Positions 63,132-64,000 of a DNA stretch of 64,000 nt are shown piece by piece (positions within the stretch are counted from its first letter, which is position 1; each line of letters starts with the position of its first letter). The DNA lies in the sequence record MN850603.1, one strand, 5' to 3'. This DNA is from Escherichia phage pinkbiff. The translations under genes were made by a program, and so were the position numbers. Below the pieces are notes generated by a model. It ran no database searches. It saw nothing but the letters and a program-made list of their open reading frames with translations, and was not told the DNA's origin.

Positions 63132-63617
63132 TTACTCGGCTCTCCACTGACAATCACCTTGCCACCCATACTCTTTTCTCCATAGGTTTTGGTTATCAGA
63201 ACCACGATATGGCTTAACTGTTGGTTTAGATGAATCATACTTACCATCAATCACCACGTCAACATATTTCATCACATCTAGGTGAATTTTTTCGTGTAAC
63301 TGAAAACCTGTCCAGAGCCAGATAGACTTCTCTGGGTAAACAGTTTTAATACGTTTACATATATTGGTAACCTCTTGAATATTTCTATCATCCAGAGGTT
63401 CTCCACCAAGTATCGACAACCCACCGATGGCCTCATCATCCATTAACTTAATGATTCCGTATAGGTTTGCATAAGTGAACACTTTACCAGCATTAAACTT
63501 CCAAGACTCCCTGTTAAAACAGCCTTCACAGTGATGTTTACAGCCAGCTACGAAGAGGCTTACACGAACCCCTTCACCATTAGCTGTGTCAAATGGTCGA
63601 ATCTCCATGTAATTCAT
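63132..63617 (-). CDS. nrdG: anaerobic ribonucleotide reductase activating protein (radical SAM)
   Basis: 161 aa; N-terminal ANGEGVRVSLFVAGCKHHCEGCFN cysteine cluster and Gly-rich SAM motif typical of NrdG. Confidence 0.8.
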   Translation of the reverse strand: MNYMEIRPFDTANGEGVRVSLFVAGCKHHCEGCFNRESWKFNAGKVFTYANLYGIIKLMDDEAIGGLSILGGEPLDDRNIQEVTNICKRIKTVYPEKSIWLWTGFQLHEKIHLDVMKYVDVVIDGKYDSSKPTVKPYRGSDNQNLWRKEYGWQGDCQWRAE

Positions 63618-63626
63618 CTAGTTACC

Positions 63627-63926
63627 TCACCAATACATATAAGTGCTCTGAGCAGCTTTCTTTGGAGACTTGCTATCAATGTCAAAGTCTTCATCTAAGT
63701 AGGATGTCTTAGAAAGCTGCCTTATTTGTGTTCTTGTAAGACGTTTAGTAGCCTTCTTAATCTCTCTACAAGGCTGGCTTGTGAAGTCGTAAGAGCCACC
63801 TTTTCTAGACATCATATCAGAGTGGTAGTAGACCTCTGAAGCATTTTCTCTGTTACGTACCTCATTTCTCCACTCATAAAGTCCATGAACGTTCTTTAAA
63901 CCTTTTCTTCGAATTGTTTTACTCAT
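63627..63926 (-). CDS. hypothetical protein
   Basis: 99 aa; ORF track. Confidence 0.4.
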   Translation of the reverse strand: MSKTIRRKGLKNVHGLYEWRNEVRNRENASEVYYHSDMMSRKGGSYDFTSQPCREIKKATKRLTRTQIRQLSKTSYLDEDFDIDSKSPKKAAQSTYMYW

Positions 63927-64000
63927 TCAAATACCACCTGACAAGGAACCTGTTTAGTAATAAATTCTTCACAGTGCTCTTTAATGAAGTTTTGTAATGG

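Overview
The window reads as a densely coded, AT-rich segment of a virulent tailed-phage (myovirus-type) genome. The gene content is what is described for Felix O1-like phages (rIIA/rIIB, DHFR, thymidylate synthase, NAMPT-like and PRPP-synthetase-like genes, NrdG, HNH homing endonucleases, a large tRNA set), but that assignment rests on memory of the family, not on a search. All calls are from reading the sequence and ORF track by hand; no tool was run. Layout: (1) 200-3690, plus-strand early genes ending in DHFR and thymidylate synthase, closed by an A21 run and a bidirectional terminator; (2) 3734-27462, minus-strand structural module (tail fibres with His-rich C-terminal repeats, baseplate, tape measure, chaperones, tube, sheath, capsid, protease/scaffold, portal, large terminase); (3) 27613-32782, a minus-strand tRNA island with about 27 hand-folded tRNAs, two embedded ORFs, and non-tRNA structured spacers; (4) 32948-34814, a vWA/MIDAS protein with a helical N-terminal domain directly upstream of the tRNA island; (5) 35043-42520, plus-strand block including an Ig-like repeat protein and a lysozyme-type endolysin; (6) 42560-44140, about 1.6 kb with no ORF of 60 aa or more and dense short repeats, between convergent terminators; (7) 44229-49427, twelve small minus-strand genes, ten of them preceded by a conserved ~80-bp hairpin-plus-leader cassette in two sequence variants; (8) 49950-63926, minus-strand genes for a macro-domain protein, spanin-like pair, HAD-like hydrolase, lytic transglycosylase, rIIB/rIIA, NAMPT-like, HNH-AP2 endonuclease, PRPP-synthetase-like and NrdG. 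The most interesting candidates are the Ro60/Rsr-like protein next to tRNA-like and stem-closed ncRNA candidates (a possible Rsr/Y-RNA-like module), the repeated cassette array, the repeat-dense noncoding region, the TARG1/DarG-like macro domain, and the NAMPT-like/Prs-like pair as a possible NAD-reconstitution counter-defence module. tRNA identities and exact ends need tRNAscan-SE or ARAGORN confirmation.
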